From assembly GCA_963826875.1 (NCBI GenBank), contig CAWGYP010000023.1, positions 458,602-522,601 of the forward strand: 64,000 nt of DNA, written 5' to 3'. The stretch is from an uncultured Acidobacteriaceae bacterium (GTDB taxonomy: Bacteria > Acidobacteriota > Terriglobia > Terriglobales > Acidobacteriaceae). Shown one piece after another: positions 9,609 to 19,183 of this stretch. The translations under genes were made by a program, and so were the position numbers. A model generated the notes under the pieces. The model was not told the origin of the DNA and searched no databases. It saw nothing but the letters and a program-made list of their open reading frames with translations. Numbering within the stretch: the first letter of the stretch is position 1; every line of letters begins with the position of its first letter.

Positions 9609-9628
9609 CCGGCCACCCGGAAGTTACC
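9609..9628. repeat. Intergenic hairpin repeat, copy D (M1 fragment)
   Basis: CCGGCCACCCGGAAGTTACC matches the M1 core of copies A and B. Confidence 0.55.
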
Positions 9629-9754
9629 AGTTGTCCAGCCTATAGCGGTCGCCTTTGCCAAGAGCCGCGACAGTCTCGGCAACAGGTTGAACATCCCTGA
9701 CGTTTGCGATGGTCGTTCAGTGCGAATCGACGTGCGCCCAGCCCCAGGCGACCG

Positions 9755-9774
9755 CCTGCTAAAAATGTAGCAGG
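9755..9774. promoter_or_regulatory. 7-bp inverted repeat, possible operator upstream of the PadR remnant
   Basis: CCTGCTA-AAAATG-TAGCAGG, a perfect 7+7 palindrome about 60 nt upstream of ATG 9837. A regulatory function is a guess. Confidence 0.25.
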
Positions 9775-9836
9775 GTATTGCTGTCCGTCGGTGTTTGATG
9801 TACGCTTCCTGTCAGTTAGTGAGGGGTAGCACCGCT

Positions 9837-10037
9837 ATGACGAAGCCTTCTGATCTGGTGCAGGGCACGCTTGACTTGCTCATCCTCAAAATCATCAGCC
9901 TCCAACCAATGCACGGATGGGCGATTGCTCAGCGGATTCAACAGCTCTCAAGCGATGTTCTTCGCGTCAATCAGAGCGCGCTCTATCCCGCCTTACATCG
10001 TTTGGAGCATCAAGGAGCGCCAAGCTTTCTTGGATGA
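9837..10037 (+). pseudogene. Truncated PadR-family regulator (N-terminal 60 residues only)
   Basis: MTKPSDLVQGTLDLLILKIISLQPMHGWAIAQRIQQLSSDVLRVNQSALYPALHRLEHQG, then APSFLG-stop. The intact paralogs in this window continue WI..KWG.SENNRKA.FY. The wing and C-terminal helix are missing. Confidence 0.7.
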
Positions 10038-11367
10038 GTCGGTCGCCCAGAGGGAGCCCTACCGTGTCCACTCACGCCTGGCTTTTGCGGCATTCTCCTC
10101 AATACTCAAGCTCACGCGACGCAATGCAACGCCCCTAAGCATTGCATTGCTGTTGCTGGCGACATCCGTGCCAGCCCAACAGCTCCGGCAACCCGCGGCT
10201 ACCGATGCGCAAGCAAGACAGGCAGCTATCAGCATTCTGCTTCGCGCTGAACGTTCCTATAGTCTCCTTGACACTCCGGTCGACATGCAGGCGTGGCATT
10301 TGGCCGCAGAGGCTACCTACGACTCCCCGGATGGATTATCGCTTGGGCAGCGACACTATGAAATATTTTGGGGAGGACCCGGAAAAGTAGAGCTGATCTC
10401 CTCCGGAGATGGGATAGGGGAAACATTCTGGGAGAGTGTCGACCGCCGATTCATCACCGACGACCTACCTTCTACTCCAGATACTGCTTCCGAGAACGCC
10501 GTTTCTCTGCCGGCCGGTTCCTCCGACGATTGGAATACTCGCCACAATCTCCTCATGAATGCTTCGCTTAATCTTCTTGACAAGCTCCTGAACCCGCTCC
10601 CCTTCTACACGCCTGATACTCTCGAGAAATGGCCTGTGGTTGAAGTGGTTACAAACGAGAACGGCGACCACGAGCAATGCGCCCGGTACGCGGTGAAAGC
10701 TCCGCCTCCTGGCGGCGGAAGCGGCCAGCGGCCGCCTCTGGGTACTACGGAAACAGTCTGCATCGATGAGGACACGGGAGCGCTAAGGAGAGTCATCCAC
10801 TCATTCGGGCAGAGCTTGGTTCTATCGTCAACCTCTTACGACGACATCATTCCTTTTCAGGGCCGTTTTCTTGCAAGACACATTCGCAGCACGCGAAATG
10901 GAAAGCTGGCGTTGGAGATTAACATCAGCAAGGCGGATGCGGTTCCGCAGCTCGCGGATGCTGACTACATGCCAACGCGCAAAACTCTACGGTGGCACAT
11001 CATGCCATATCCTCCTTCCGCCCATGTAATGGTGGCTTCTGTCCGCTCCTCCAGGTTCCTGGGTTGTAGTCGTTCCCCTTCCAATGCGGTTGCGCCAGAG
11101 GTGGCTACTGAACACCTGTTGAAGGAAACGGTCGAGCCCGGTACGCAAGCGAAAAACCAGCCTGTGAAAGGAGGGGTCGTGCTTCTTCTGACCATTGGTC
11201 CTGATGGCCAGGTTCTGGATGATAAGGTGCTTTCGACTCCCGATCCCATTCAAACCCAGACCGCGGAGCATTCCGTCGCTTCTTGGAAGTATCGGCCGTT
11301 TGTGAAGGGAAACACCGCGGAATGCGCGGAGACCACAGCATTCGTCGCGTTCTCCGCAAACAAATGA
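10030..11367 (+). CDS. Secreted protein with C-terminal TonB-like domain
   Basis: ORF 9871-11367. Hydrophobic signal-like SIALLLLATSVPAQQ. The C-terminus KGGVVLLLTIGPDGQVLDDKVLSTPDP...AEHSVASWKYRPFVKGN resembles TonB_C. The start (TTG 10030) is uncertain. Confidence 0.5.
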   Translation: MDESVAQREPYRVHSRLAFAAFSSILKLTRRNATPLSIALLLLATSVPAQQLRQPAATDAQARQAAISILLRAERSYSLLDTPVDMQAWHLAAEATYDSPDGLSLGQRHYEIFWGGPGKVELISSGDGIGETFWESVDRRFITDDLPSTPDTASENAVSLPAGSSDDWNTRHNLLMNASLNLLDKLLNPLPFYTPDTLEKWPVVEVVTNENGDHEQCARYAVKAPPPGGGSGQRPPLGTTETVCIDEDTGALRRVIHSFGQSLVLSSTSYDDIIPFQGRFLARHIRSTRNGKLALEINISKADAVPQLADADYMPTRKTLRWHIMPYPPSAHVMVASVRSSRFLGCSRSPSNAVAPEVATEHLLKETVEPGTQAKNQPVKGGVVLLLTIGPDGQVLDDKVLSTPDPIQTQTAEHSVASWKYRPFVKGNTAECAETTAFVAFSANK

Positions 11368-11447
11368 TCCCGTGCGGCGGCAAAACCGCATCTTTCGCAT
11401 CAAATGCGGAAAAGGAAAGCGGTGGAGAAGCCGACCCTCTATGCTCA

Positions 11448-12317
11448 TCAATGGATGTATTTGATGAGCAGCACGTCATTCCCTTTTTCTCCATAAAACA
11501 ACTCATCGACCAGATTCTTGGCCAGCAAAATCCCATACCCGCCCGGGCGAATCCCTCGCGCCTCGCGCTGCTTCTGATGACGCAAAGGATCATCCTGCGG
11601 ATTGTTCGCAGCTGTATCGAGATTTTCCGCTAAAGAGAATCCTTCGCCCGGATCTTTAATGCGGATGAGCACCACGTGACGCGCGCGGAGATAGGCAATC
11701 TCGATACGCCGTTCCGGATCAAACTTCCCGCCATGCTCCATTGCGTTGAGCAGCATTTCTCTGCTCGCTATCGCCACCTTATCCTCGTCAACTTCGGGCA
11801 AATTCAGAAACGCGCGAACGAACTGCTGCAGGCGATTGGCCGCGGATACGTCGCAGCGCACCGAAAGACGTATCCACGCATCCGTCCCGGACAGCATTTC
11901 AATCGCTTCATCCCAGGCAGGACTCTCCATCGCCAGTTGCAGCACTTCCTCCATAGCCTGTGTCGAAAGCGGCCTTGTAAAATAACTGAATGCTCCCGCG
12001 CGGATCGCGGCAATCACGTCCGCAGGCGTACTCCTGTCCGCAACAATGATCAAACGAGTATGTGGCCTGACCAGCCGTACCTTTCGAAGCAGTTCAACAT
12101 CTTCCCGGCCTGAACTGGCCCGGTCGGCGATAACAAGGTCGAAAGCGGACTTCTCCACCAGCGCGAGCGCTTCCTCGTTATCCCGCGCGCGCTCCAGCTT
12201 CCACGAAGACAGAACTGTCGACACCACACTCGTCACGGGCGAGTCTGAACACCCAACCACCAGCACCGTATTCTGCAACTGCGGATTATCGTGGGTCATG
12301 AGAAACGCATGGACCAT
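11448..12317 (-). CDS. Response-regulator receiver fused to RsbW-like HATPase_c domain
   Basis: Receiver: VLVVG...FDLVIADR...RLIIVAD...AIRAGAFSYFTRP. C-terminus: MLLNAMEHGGKFD...IRIKDPGEGF...GGYGILLAKNLVDEL (ATP-binding Bergerat fold). Confidence 0.7.
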   Translation of the reverse strand: MVHAFLMTHDNPQLQNTVLVVGCSDSPVTSVVSTVLSSWKLERARDNEEALALVEKSAFDLVIADRASSGREDVELLRKVRLVRPHTRLIIVADRSTPADVIAAIRAGAFSYFTRPLSTQAMEEVLQLAMESPAWDEAIEMLSGTDAWIRLSVRCDVSAANRLQQFVRAFLNLPEVDEDKVAIASREMLLNAMEHGGKFDPERRIEIAYLRARHVVLIRIKDPGEGFSLAENLDTAANNPQDDPLRHQKQREARGIRPGGYGILLAKNLVDELFYGEKGNDVLLIKYIH

Positions 12318-12556
12318 GATAGTCCGATTGGGCTTGCAGGACGATTAACGTAATTCTCGAAGATGCGTAGCGCCGTCTTCATTTGTGAAGTCAACGTGGG
12401 TGAAAGTTCGATGGAGAACTTGTGGACGGGGGGTTGTAAGGACTGGCCCACCTTCCCCTAAACTGTGGCCCGACCCGGTTCACCTATTTCCCAGGAGCCG
12501 ACCTCAGCGATCACACGAGCGACTTCACCTCGATTTTGCGAAACCAAATCTCCGCT

Positions 12557-14224
12557 TCACAGGCTCAGCTTAAGACTTATGAGATCCAAAGTTTCTTCTT
12601 CCTGAAAGATCATTTTTTCCGCCCTTTGCCCTCGGTGCGTGGTCCATTGCCTCACGGCGATGGCGCACGAAGCCAGAATGGCAATCAGGAGAGCCGATCG
12701 AAGCCCTGATATCAGGAACCAGGATTCAAACAATCCGGCTTGTTTTGCCAGCGGGATTCCGACGACAACGCCGCCCCACAAGCGCAGATGGAGCTCCCCT
12801 TTCCCAGGCAGATAGGAGCAGGCGAAAGGGAGCTTTGGAAGACTCAGCAGAGCAATGTCTATCAGGATGGACCCAACAATCCAAAGTGCAAGCAGATGGA
12901 CAAGCGTCGTCCATATCGGGAATTGCCAAAGTAGCACTGCAGAAATGAGCAGCCAGACGGGAATGATCGAGAGCCCAAGCAAGGTTCGCCGCACAGCTCT
13001 CACATATACGCCTGGAGCATGGATCTGGGTCAGCTGAAATATCCAATTGGCACGGAGACCAACCGGGATAGCGACCACCAGCCTAAGGCCGAGCACCGCG
13101 AAGCACAGGATCATCAAGGATGCCGTAAGATAAGGATCCGGCAACTGACTGTTCGTCGCTATCGATTCGAACCGGCTTTGAGCGATCCCCGTGAAGAATA
13201 GTGAAACCGCCAGCCCCAGGCACAGATAAAAAGCGTAGAAGAGCCGATGCTGACGGCTGCGAAGAAGACTGCGCACGGCAAATTGGACTACAGCGGTTTC
13301 AACCGAGCTCCGGAACCGAGGCAAACCAACGACCCTGCTCCGGCCGGGAAGAATATCTGGCTGCTCGACTGCCCGCTGAAGACGCCAGAACCACGCAGAC
13401 AACAACAGCATGATCGCCAGGGTGGCGGCGATGATCAGCCCCGTCCAGGCTCTGGCCGCGAGCGAGGCAAATGCCGGCTGCATCGACCCGTTCAGTTGCT
13501 GGAACAATCCCAGAAACCAGTAGGAAGGCAGGTTTTTCAGAAGCCATTGATTGGCGGGGGCAGTCAGTGCCGGAATACTTTCAAGAGACGGTTCCAATAA
13601 GTAGCCGCCAAGCAAGAGGGTGAATGCGCAAACCTGGAGCAGCGACGACAGACGAAGAAACAGTTGCCACGGAAGCAGTAAAGCCGCCGCACCCTGTAGG
13701 CAAAGAACACAGCAGAAAATAAATGTCGCAGCGGCCGCGATGGTAGCCCAGTATGCACCGATCGCCCTGATGCCACCAAGCAAGCCCGTGCCAGGATTAC
13801 TGAAGAACAGCGGCCATACCATGCCGATGAAGCAGTTCAAGGAAATAATAGAGAAGCTGAGCACCCCGGTAAGGGCAGAAAGCTTCGCCAAAAACACCGT
13901 ACGCACCCGGACCGGCAAAGGACCGAGGACCAGCAGATCGCGTCGGTCGGGAAAGGAGGATTCCCAGCTGAGGACAGCGAGCAGACCGACAATCATCATG
14001 GTCGTCGCAATGAACAAATGCTCCATCATCCAGAGTTGAGGCTGAGGCATTCCACCACCCACGAGAACAAGCGGCGCAGTGAAGAGAACACTGATCCCGG
14101 CAAGCATTGTGGCGATTTGACCCAGCAGCCTTTGCGTATCACTATCCGGTGACAGGACTTCCAGGTCTACAACGCGAAGCCAGAACACTCGATAGAGCAC
14201 GCGAAACTGCGAGGGTTCAGGCAT
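12557..14224 (-). CDS. Large polytopic membrane protein, probable permease partner of the upstream ABC ATPase
   Basis: About 555 aa with many hydrophobic spans. ATG 14224 overlaps the ATPase stop (ATGCCTGA). Confidence 0.65.
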   Translation of the reverse strand: MPEPSQFRVLYRVFWLRVVDLEVLSPDSDTQRLLGQIATMLAGISVLFTAPLVLVGGGMPQPQLWMMEHLFIATTMMIVGLLAVLSWESSFPDRRDLLVLGPLPVRVRTVFLAKLSALTGVLSFSIISLNCFIGMVWPLFFSNPGTGLLGGIRAIGAYWATIAAAATFIFCCVLCLQGAAALLLPWQLFLRLSSLLQVCAFTLLLGGYLLEPSLESIPALTAPANQWLLKNLPSYWFLGLFQQLNGSMQPAFASLAARAWTGLIIAATLAIMLLLSAWFWRLQRAVEQPDILPGRSRVVGLPRFRSSVETAVVQFAVRSLLRSRQHRLFYAFYLCLGLAVSLFFTGIAQSRFESIATNSQLPDPYLTASLMILCFAVLGLRLVVAIPVGLRANWIFQLTQIHAPGVYVRAVRRTLLGLSIIPVWLLISAVLLWQFPIWTTLVHLLALWIVGSILIDIALLSLPKLPFACSYLPGKGELHLRLWGGVVVGIPLAKQAGLFESWFLISGLRSALLIAILASCAIAVRQWTTHRGQRAEKMIFQEEETLDLISLKLSL

Positions 14225-14990
14225 GAATAAGATCCGCGATCTGCCGCGAGATCGCAGCGGTATCCTGTTCGACCGCCAGTTGGGAGAAGATGTCCTCAAG
14301 GCTGGCGAGAGACATCAGGGCGCGCAGTTTTTCAATCGAATCGTTGGCAACAATGCGCCCGCGATGGAGTATGACGACGTGGGAACAGATGCGCTCCACG
14401 GTCTCCAATTCATGCGAGCTGAACAGGACCACCTTGCCTCGGGCAGAGAGTTCCTGAATGAGACTGCGAAGTATCAGTGAGGTGCCAACGTCGAGCCCGG
14501 AAAAGGGTTCGTCCAGAAGTACAAGATCGGGGTTGTGCATCAGGGCGGCCGCCAGAAGCACCTTCTGGCGCATCCCTTTGGAGTAAGCAGAAATCGGCAC
14601 ATCACGATCAGCATGCAGTGCGAGAAGGTGCAGCAGACCGTCAATTGTGCCGGAGATCTGGGCCGGGGGAAGCTCGCGAAGCTGAGCCACCATGACGAGA
14701 TACTCCAGGCCGCTGAGGTGGGTGTAGAGATGCGGCTCCTCGGGAACATAGCCGACACGCGTTTTCCATGCGATTGGGTCGTCGCGGATAGACTGGCCCG
14801 CAAACAGAATGTCTCCCGCATTCCATTCGATCAAGCCGGTGATCATCTTCATGGTTGTGGATTTGCCAGATCCGTTGGCCCCAAGGTAGCCGGTCACCTC
14901 TCCAGCGCGAGCTGAGAAGCTCACGTCGTCGACGGCGGGAATGCCGGAATACCGCTTGGACACGTGGCGAAGGTCAAGCGAGATTTGCAT
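14217..14990 (-). CDS. ABC transporter ATP-binding protein
   Basis: Walker A GANGSGKST, signature YSKGMRQKV, Walker B LVLLDEPFSGLD, H-loop SSHEL. Confidence 0.9.
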   Translation of the reverse strand: MQISLDLRHVSKRYSGIPAVDDVSFSARAGEVTGYLGANGSGKSTTMKMITGLIEWNAGDILFAGQSIRDDPIAWKTRVGYVPEEPHLYTHLSGLEYLVMVAQLRELPPAQISGTIDGLLHLLALHADRDVPISAYSKGMRQKVLLAAALMHNPDLVLLDEPFSGLDVGTSLILRSLIQELSARGKVVLFSSHELETVERICSHVVILHRGRIVANDSIEKLRALMSLASLEDIFSQLAVEQDTAAISRQIADLIHA

Positions 14991-15043
14991 ATACCCTATG
15001 TAGCACTCTACTCACGACGATTGTCAAGCAGGTTGCTATGGCA

Positions 15044-17488
15044 TTATTCGTCGCGAAGCACCGCCAGGGGATCGACGCGCGTGGCGCGGATTGCGGGTAT
15101 CAGGCTGGCCGCGAAGGACACAAGGATAAGCACCATGGTTACGGCCAAAAACGTTACCAGGTCACGGGAACTTACTCCGTAGATCATGCTGCTGACAATG
15201 CGTCCCAGGCCCAGCGCTGCGATCAGGCCGATGGCGATGCCGGCCAGTGTGGGCTTCATGCCTTGCAGGACTACCAGGCGAGCCACATCGTGCAACGTGG
15301 CCCCGAAAGCAATGCGCAGGCCGATCTCTCGCATGCGGCGTTTTACAGAATAAGCCAGAACGCTGTAGATTCCGATCGCGCACAGCACCAGGGCGAGCAA
15401 ACCGAAGATCGCCAGCAGCTGCATGTTGAAGCTGTGCTGCGTCAGGGTCTCACCGACAAAGTCTTCGAGCGTCATGACATTGTCTACGGGTACGTCTTTG
15501 TTCACGTCGTTGACAGCCCCAGTTACCGCAGCGGTGAGAGTCTGCGGCGGAGTGCTGGTGCGGACGGCGAGGAAAAGAGGGTAGGAACTCCAGGGACCGT
15601 TCGCGGAGCCGGTGGTCTGTGCAACAGGATAATAGAGAGACGCGATACCCGCGGAGCTGTCCAAACCATCCTGCTTCACATCGCCCACGACTCCGACGAC
15701 TTCGCGATCTTTATCGGGGAAAAATGAGAGCTTCAGGTGATGTCCGATAGGGCTTTGGTCCGGCCAGAACTGCTTTGCCATGGATTTGCTGATGACAACC
15801 ACCGGCGCCGAATCGCTTGTATCGTTGGCGTTGATGTCCCGCCCTTGCAGCAGAGGGATGTGCATGGCCCGGATATATCCGGGTGTGGTGACCCGGACGG
15901 ATACTTCGGGTTGTTCTGACAACGCCACCACCGGATGCCCTTCGACGGCGACCGGCTGGCTTGAGCCGCCAACCAGGGGCAGATCGTCGACCGCTCCCGC
16001 AGACTCGACTCCGGGCAAGGAACGCACGCGCTGAAGCACGGCCTCGAAGAACGCGGACTCCTGCCGGGGATCGGTGAATTGCTGCTTGTTCACCAGCACA
16101 GCAAGAGTGAGGACATTATGCTCGTCAAAGCCGGGATCCATGGTTTGTAGTTCCCAGAGGCTGCGAAGCATGAGTCCAGCTCCAATGAGCAATACCAGGG
16201 AGAGCGCCACCTCGACGGTCACCAGAGCGGAGCGGGTCTTGCTGCTTCCGGCATCCGTATCGGTGTGGCCGAGCCCTTGTTTTAGCGCATCATTCACATC
16301 CCCCTTCGTCATGTTCCAGGCGGGCAGGAGGCCGGAGAGAATACCGGTCGCGATGGAAAGCGCGAAGGTGAAGCCAAGTACCGGGCCGCTGAGCCCGATG
16401 TCTCCCATGCGGGGCAATTTGTCGGCAAAGAACCTGATCAATAAGTCGATGCCAAAGTGGGCGGCCATGAGGCCAAGCAAACCTCCGCATAGAGAAACGA
16501 GCAGCGATTCGCTAAGCAGTTGCAGGACGATGCGAGACCGGCTTGCGCCGATAGCAGATCGGATGGCGAGTTCTTTGCGACGCGCAAAGGTGCGGGCGAG
16601 GATGAGGTTGGCGACATTCGCGCAGGCGATCAACAGCACGAAAGCCACTGCGCCAAGCATCATGAGCAGAGCGGGACGAACGTCGCCGACTGTTTCTTCG
16701 CGGAGAGAGTTGACAACTGCACCCCAGCCCTTATCGTCATCGGGATAAGTCTCGGCGAGACGTTCAGAGATGGTGTTCATCTCTGCCTGGGCTTGGGTGA
16801 GCGTGGCGCCGGGTTTGAGCCGGGCAATGGCCTGGAAGTGGTGTTCCCCTCGTACGGATGCCTCTTTGGCCGTAAGGGCAAGCGGGGTCCACACCTGGGC
16901 GAACTCGGGCTTGGTCATCCTCGGGCCCATGACGCCGACAATGGTGTAGGGCTCTCCGTCAAAGTTGATGGGCTTGCCGACCACATTGGGGTCTGAAGCG
17001 TAGTGCGCTTGCCAGAACTTATAGCTGAGCACCACCTCGTGGCTTTTGCCGGGGCTATCTTCCTGGGGTAGGAAGGTCCGTCCGTAAAGCGGGTGAAGGC
17101 CTAGAACCGAAAAAAAATCGGCGCTTACCGGGCTAGCAGTGACGGCTTCGGGCTTCCCCGTTCCGGTCATGTCATACCGTGCGCCAGTGTAGAGCGCCAT
17201 TTGCTGGAAGACGTGGTTTTGCTTTTGCCAGTCGAGGAAGTTCGCGGCCGAGACGGCGAAGCGCGTCATTCCCGGGAAGCTTGTTTGTGGAGGAACATGC
17301 CAGACCTGCACCAGGCGATCCGCATCGGCAAAGGGCAGCGGTTCCAGCAGAACAGCATGAACAACGCTGAAGATAGCGGTGTTTGCTCCGATACCAAGCG
17401 CCATGATGCCGGCTGCCACAACGAAGAAGCCTGGGCTTTTGCGCAACCGCCTGAGGGCAAATTTCAGATCCTGCATCAACAGCGCCAT
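15044..17488 (-). CDS. ADOP-type duplicated MacB/FtsX-like permease
   Basis: MQDLKFALRRLRKSPGF N-terminus. Two FtsX modules. C-terminal EIGLRIAFGA...LAVLRDE. ATG 17488 is preceded by GGAGG. No PadR gene is adjacent. Confidence 0.9.
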   Translation of the reverse strand: MALLMQDLKFALRRLRKSPGFFVVAAGIMALGIGANTAIFSVVHAVLLEPLPFADADRLVQVWHVPPQTSFPGMTRFAVSAANFLDWQKQNHVFQQMALYTGARYDMTGTGKPEAVTASPVSADFFSVLGLHPLYGRTFLPQEDSPGKSHEVVLSYKFWQAHYASDPNVVGKPINFDGEPYTIVGVMGPRMTKPEFAQVWTPLALTAKEASVRGEHHFQAIARLKPGATLTQAQAEMNTISERLAETYPDDDKGWGAVVNSLREETVGDVRPALLMMLGAVAFVLLIACANVANLILARTFARRKELAIRSAIGASRSRIVLQLLSESLLVSLCGGLLGLMAAHFGIDLLIRFFADKLPRMGDIGLSGPVLGFTFALSIATGILSGLLPAWNMTKGDVNDALKQGLGHTDTDAGSSKTRSALVTVEVALSLVLLIGAGLMLRSLWELQTMDPGFDEHNVLTLAVLVNKQQFTDPRQESAFFEAVLQRVRSLPGVESAGAVDDLPLVGGSSQPVAVEGHPVVALSEQPEVSVRVTTPGYIRAMHIPLLQGRDINANDTSDSAPVVVISKSMAKQFWPDQSPIGHHLKLSFFPDKDREVVGVVGDVKQDGLDSSAGIASLYYPVAQTTGSANGPWSSYPLFLAVRTSTPPQTLTAAVTGAVNDVNKDVPVDNVMTLEDFVGETLTQHSFNMQLLAIFGLLALVLCAIGIYSVLAYSVKRRMREIGLRIAFGATLHDVARLVVLQGMKPTLAGIAIGLIAALGLGRIVSSMIYGVSSRDLVTFLAVTMVLILVSFAASLIPAIRATRVDPLAVLRDE

Positions 17489-17635
17489 TCTGAGTGCCTC
17501 CGTCCAAGAACGGTATTTGCATTTCCAATGCCATCCATCGGGGGCCCAAAAGGCCATGTTATGCACCTTCCCACGGAGCGGACCTGTTCACCACCGATCA
17601 CAGATGTCCGGTGGTGGACATCGACCGTCTGATGT

Positions 17636-18052
17636 TTACCTGTTGGTAATCTTCAAAGATTTGCAGGGCTGGTCGTGTATCGAGGTCCACCTGGACCCAT
17701 CACGCAGAAGAGCAGTCTTTAGTGACAGCGACATGGTTCGCGGAGACTTGCCTGGGTAGGCAAACGACATCGTGTAAGGCGTTCCGGGAAAGAAAAGTCC
17801 TGCTTCGGTATGGCAATCGGAGCGCTTCGGCTTTGCACCTTGAAGCGGCTTGCAAGAGAGTTCTAGCTCGCGTATGGGAGCCTTGCCTCTGTTCATAAAA
17901 CTCACGCTGACCGTGCCCTGGTCTATCTTCCCGCCATAGAGCATGACAGGGCAGGCAATCCCCGCCTGCGAAGGCTGAACTGAAACCAGCGCTATGCAAG
18001 CACCCAGCAAAGCCCTGGCGGAATAAACACGTTTTGACCGGCGGAATTCCAT
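17636..18052 (-). CDS. Hypothetical secreted protein
   Basis: ORF with signal-like ALLGACIALVSVQPSQA. No recognisable family. Confidence 0.45.
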   Translation of the reverse strand: MEFRRSKRVYSARALLGACIALVSVQPSQAGIACPVMLYGGKIDQGTVSVSFMNRGKAPIRELELSCKPLQGAKPKRSDCHTEAGLFFPGTPYTMSFAYPGKSPRTMSLSLKTALLRDGSRWTSIHDQPCKSLKITNR

Positions 18053-18230
18053 ATTTGTGCTCCCCAAAATAGCCCGAGATGGCGGACAAACGTGTCATAA
18101 ACAAGTAACCACCGCTCTCAAGCCGAAACGTTACCTTTTGTTTCGCAGAGTGGTATTGCTCGTCCGGCGCCCAGCAGATTTACTGTGATAGTCGTCATTA
18201 CAGTAAATATTACTGAAGGAGCTTCTAGTC

Positions 18231-18701
18231 ATGAATAATTCTTTCTGCCCTGAGCCCCAAGGTATTGCCGCGGACTCTGCCCGCAAAGCGGATTCACCAT
18301 CCAACAGATTTAACATCAGCATTGAACTTTCCGCATCGAAGCGGCGCGTCACTGTCGTTGATCGCGACAAGGCCATGGAGATTCATTACTCCCACAATAC
18401 GGCCGAGGAACTGTTAAACGCGATCTCTGGTTCCCTCGGGAAGTCAGTACACTCAACCGGGAATCTCATGGATGAGAACCCCTGGCAAAAAGAGCTAACT
18501 CGCGAGGAAAGAAAAATGGAGCATCGAGTCTCGGAACAAAAGAGTGGCTTCGCAACGCTGGAACAACTTGAAGCATGGGGATTCGATCCTGACGCAATCG
18601 CGGAGTGCCTGACAACGCAGCAGAGAAGGATGCTAATGCTGCCGCTCCAGCCTGCAAGCTTGGCGGATCGCCGCCTGGGCCGCATCACGAATCGCCTCTA
18701 A
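18231..18701 (+). CDS. Hypothetical protein
   Basis: 156-aa ORF followed by a terminator hairpin. No recognisable family. Confidence 0.45.
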   Translation: MNNSFCPEPQGIAADSARKADSPSNRFNISIELSASKRRVTVVDRDKAMEIHYSHNTAEELLNAISGSLGKSVHSTGNLMDENPWQKELTREERKMEHRVSEQKSGFATLEQLEAWGFDPDAIAECLTTQQRRMLMLPLQPASLADRRLGRITNRL

Positions 18702-18730
18702 GCGACTCTTTCATCTGGCTCCGGTGTTCC

Positions 18731-18762
18731 AGAAGCCCTCCCACCTGCGGAGGGCTTCTTTG
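18731..18762 (+). terminator. Rho-independent terminator-like hairpin
   Basis: AGAAGCCCTCC-cacctgc-GGAGGGCTTCT, followed by TTG. Perfect 11-bp stem 30 nt after the 18701 stop. Confidence 0.55.
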
Positions 18763-19183
18763 CATCAAGGCACATAAATGCTTAGGGGTCCAACTCGACA
18801 CTCAAAATAAAGTCAACTTGGAACATGACAAAACTCGTAAATCTGCATCTATACTGCGTGACCAAAAACCTTAACTACGGCGAATGCGCTTTATCGACTT
18901 TCCAATGCAACGCCCGCGCGTCTCACAGCGGTCACTGGCAACAAAGGTCGAATCATCGCTCTGGTCAGCCAGTATTCCTTTCGCCGATGCCAGAGATAGT
19001 TCGCTTAGTTCGCTTAGTTCGCACATTTCTACAGGCCAACCGGGGACTTATCGCGCTTATCGCGCACTTTTTTGCACCGCGACCCACATTGGAAAGGTTC
19101 ACGAGAGCGCCGTTTCGCAACACCCTGGTCCGTGCTGCAACAATTCACGCGACGCTCGAAATGCATCTTGCTAGGGTGGGGCC

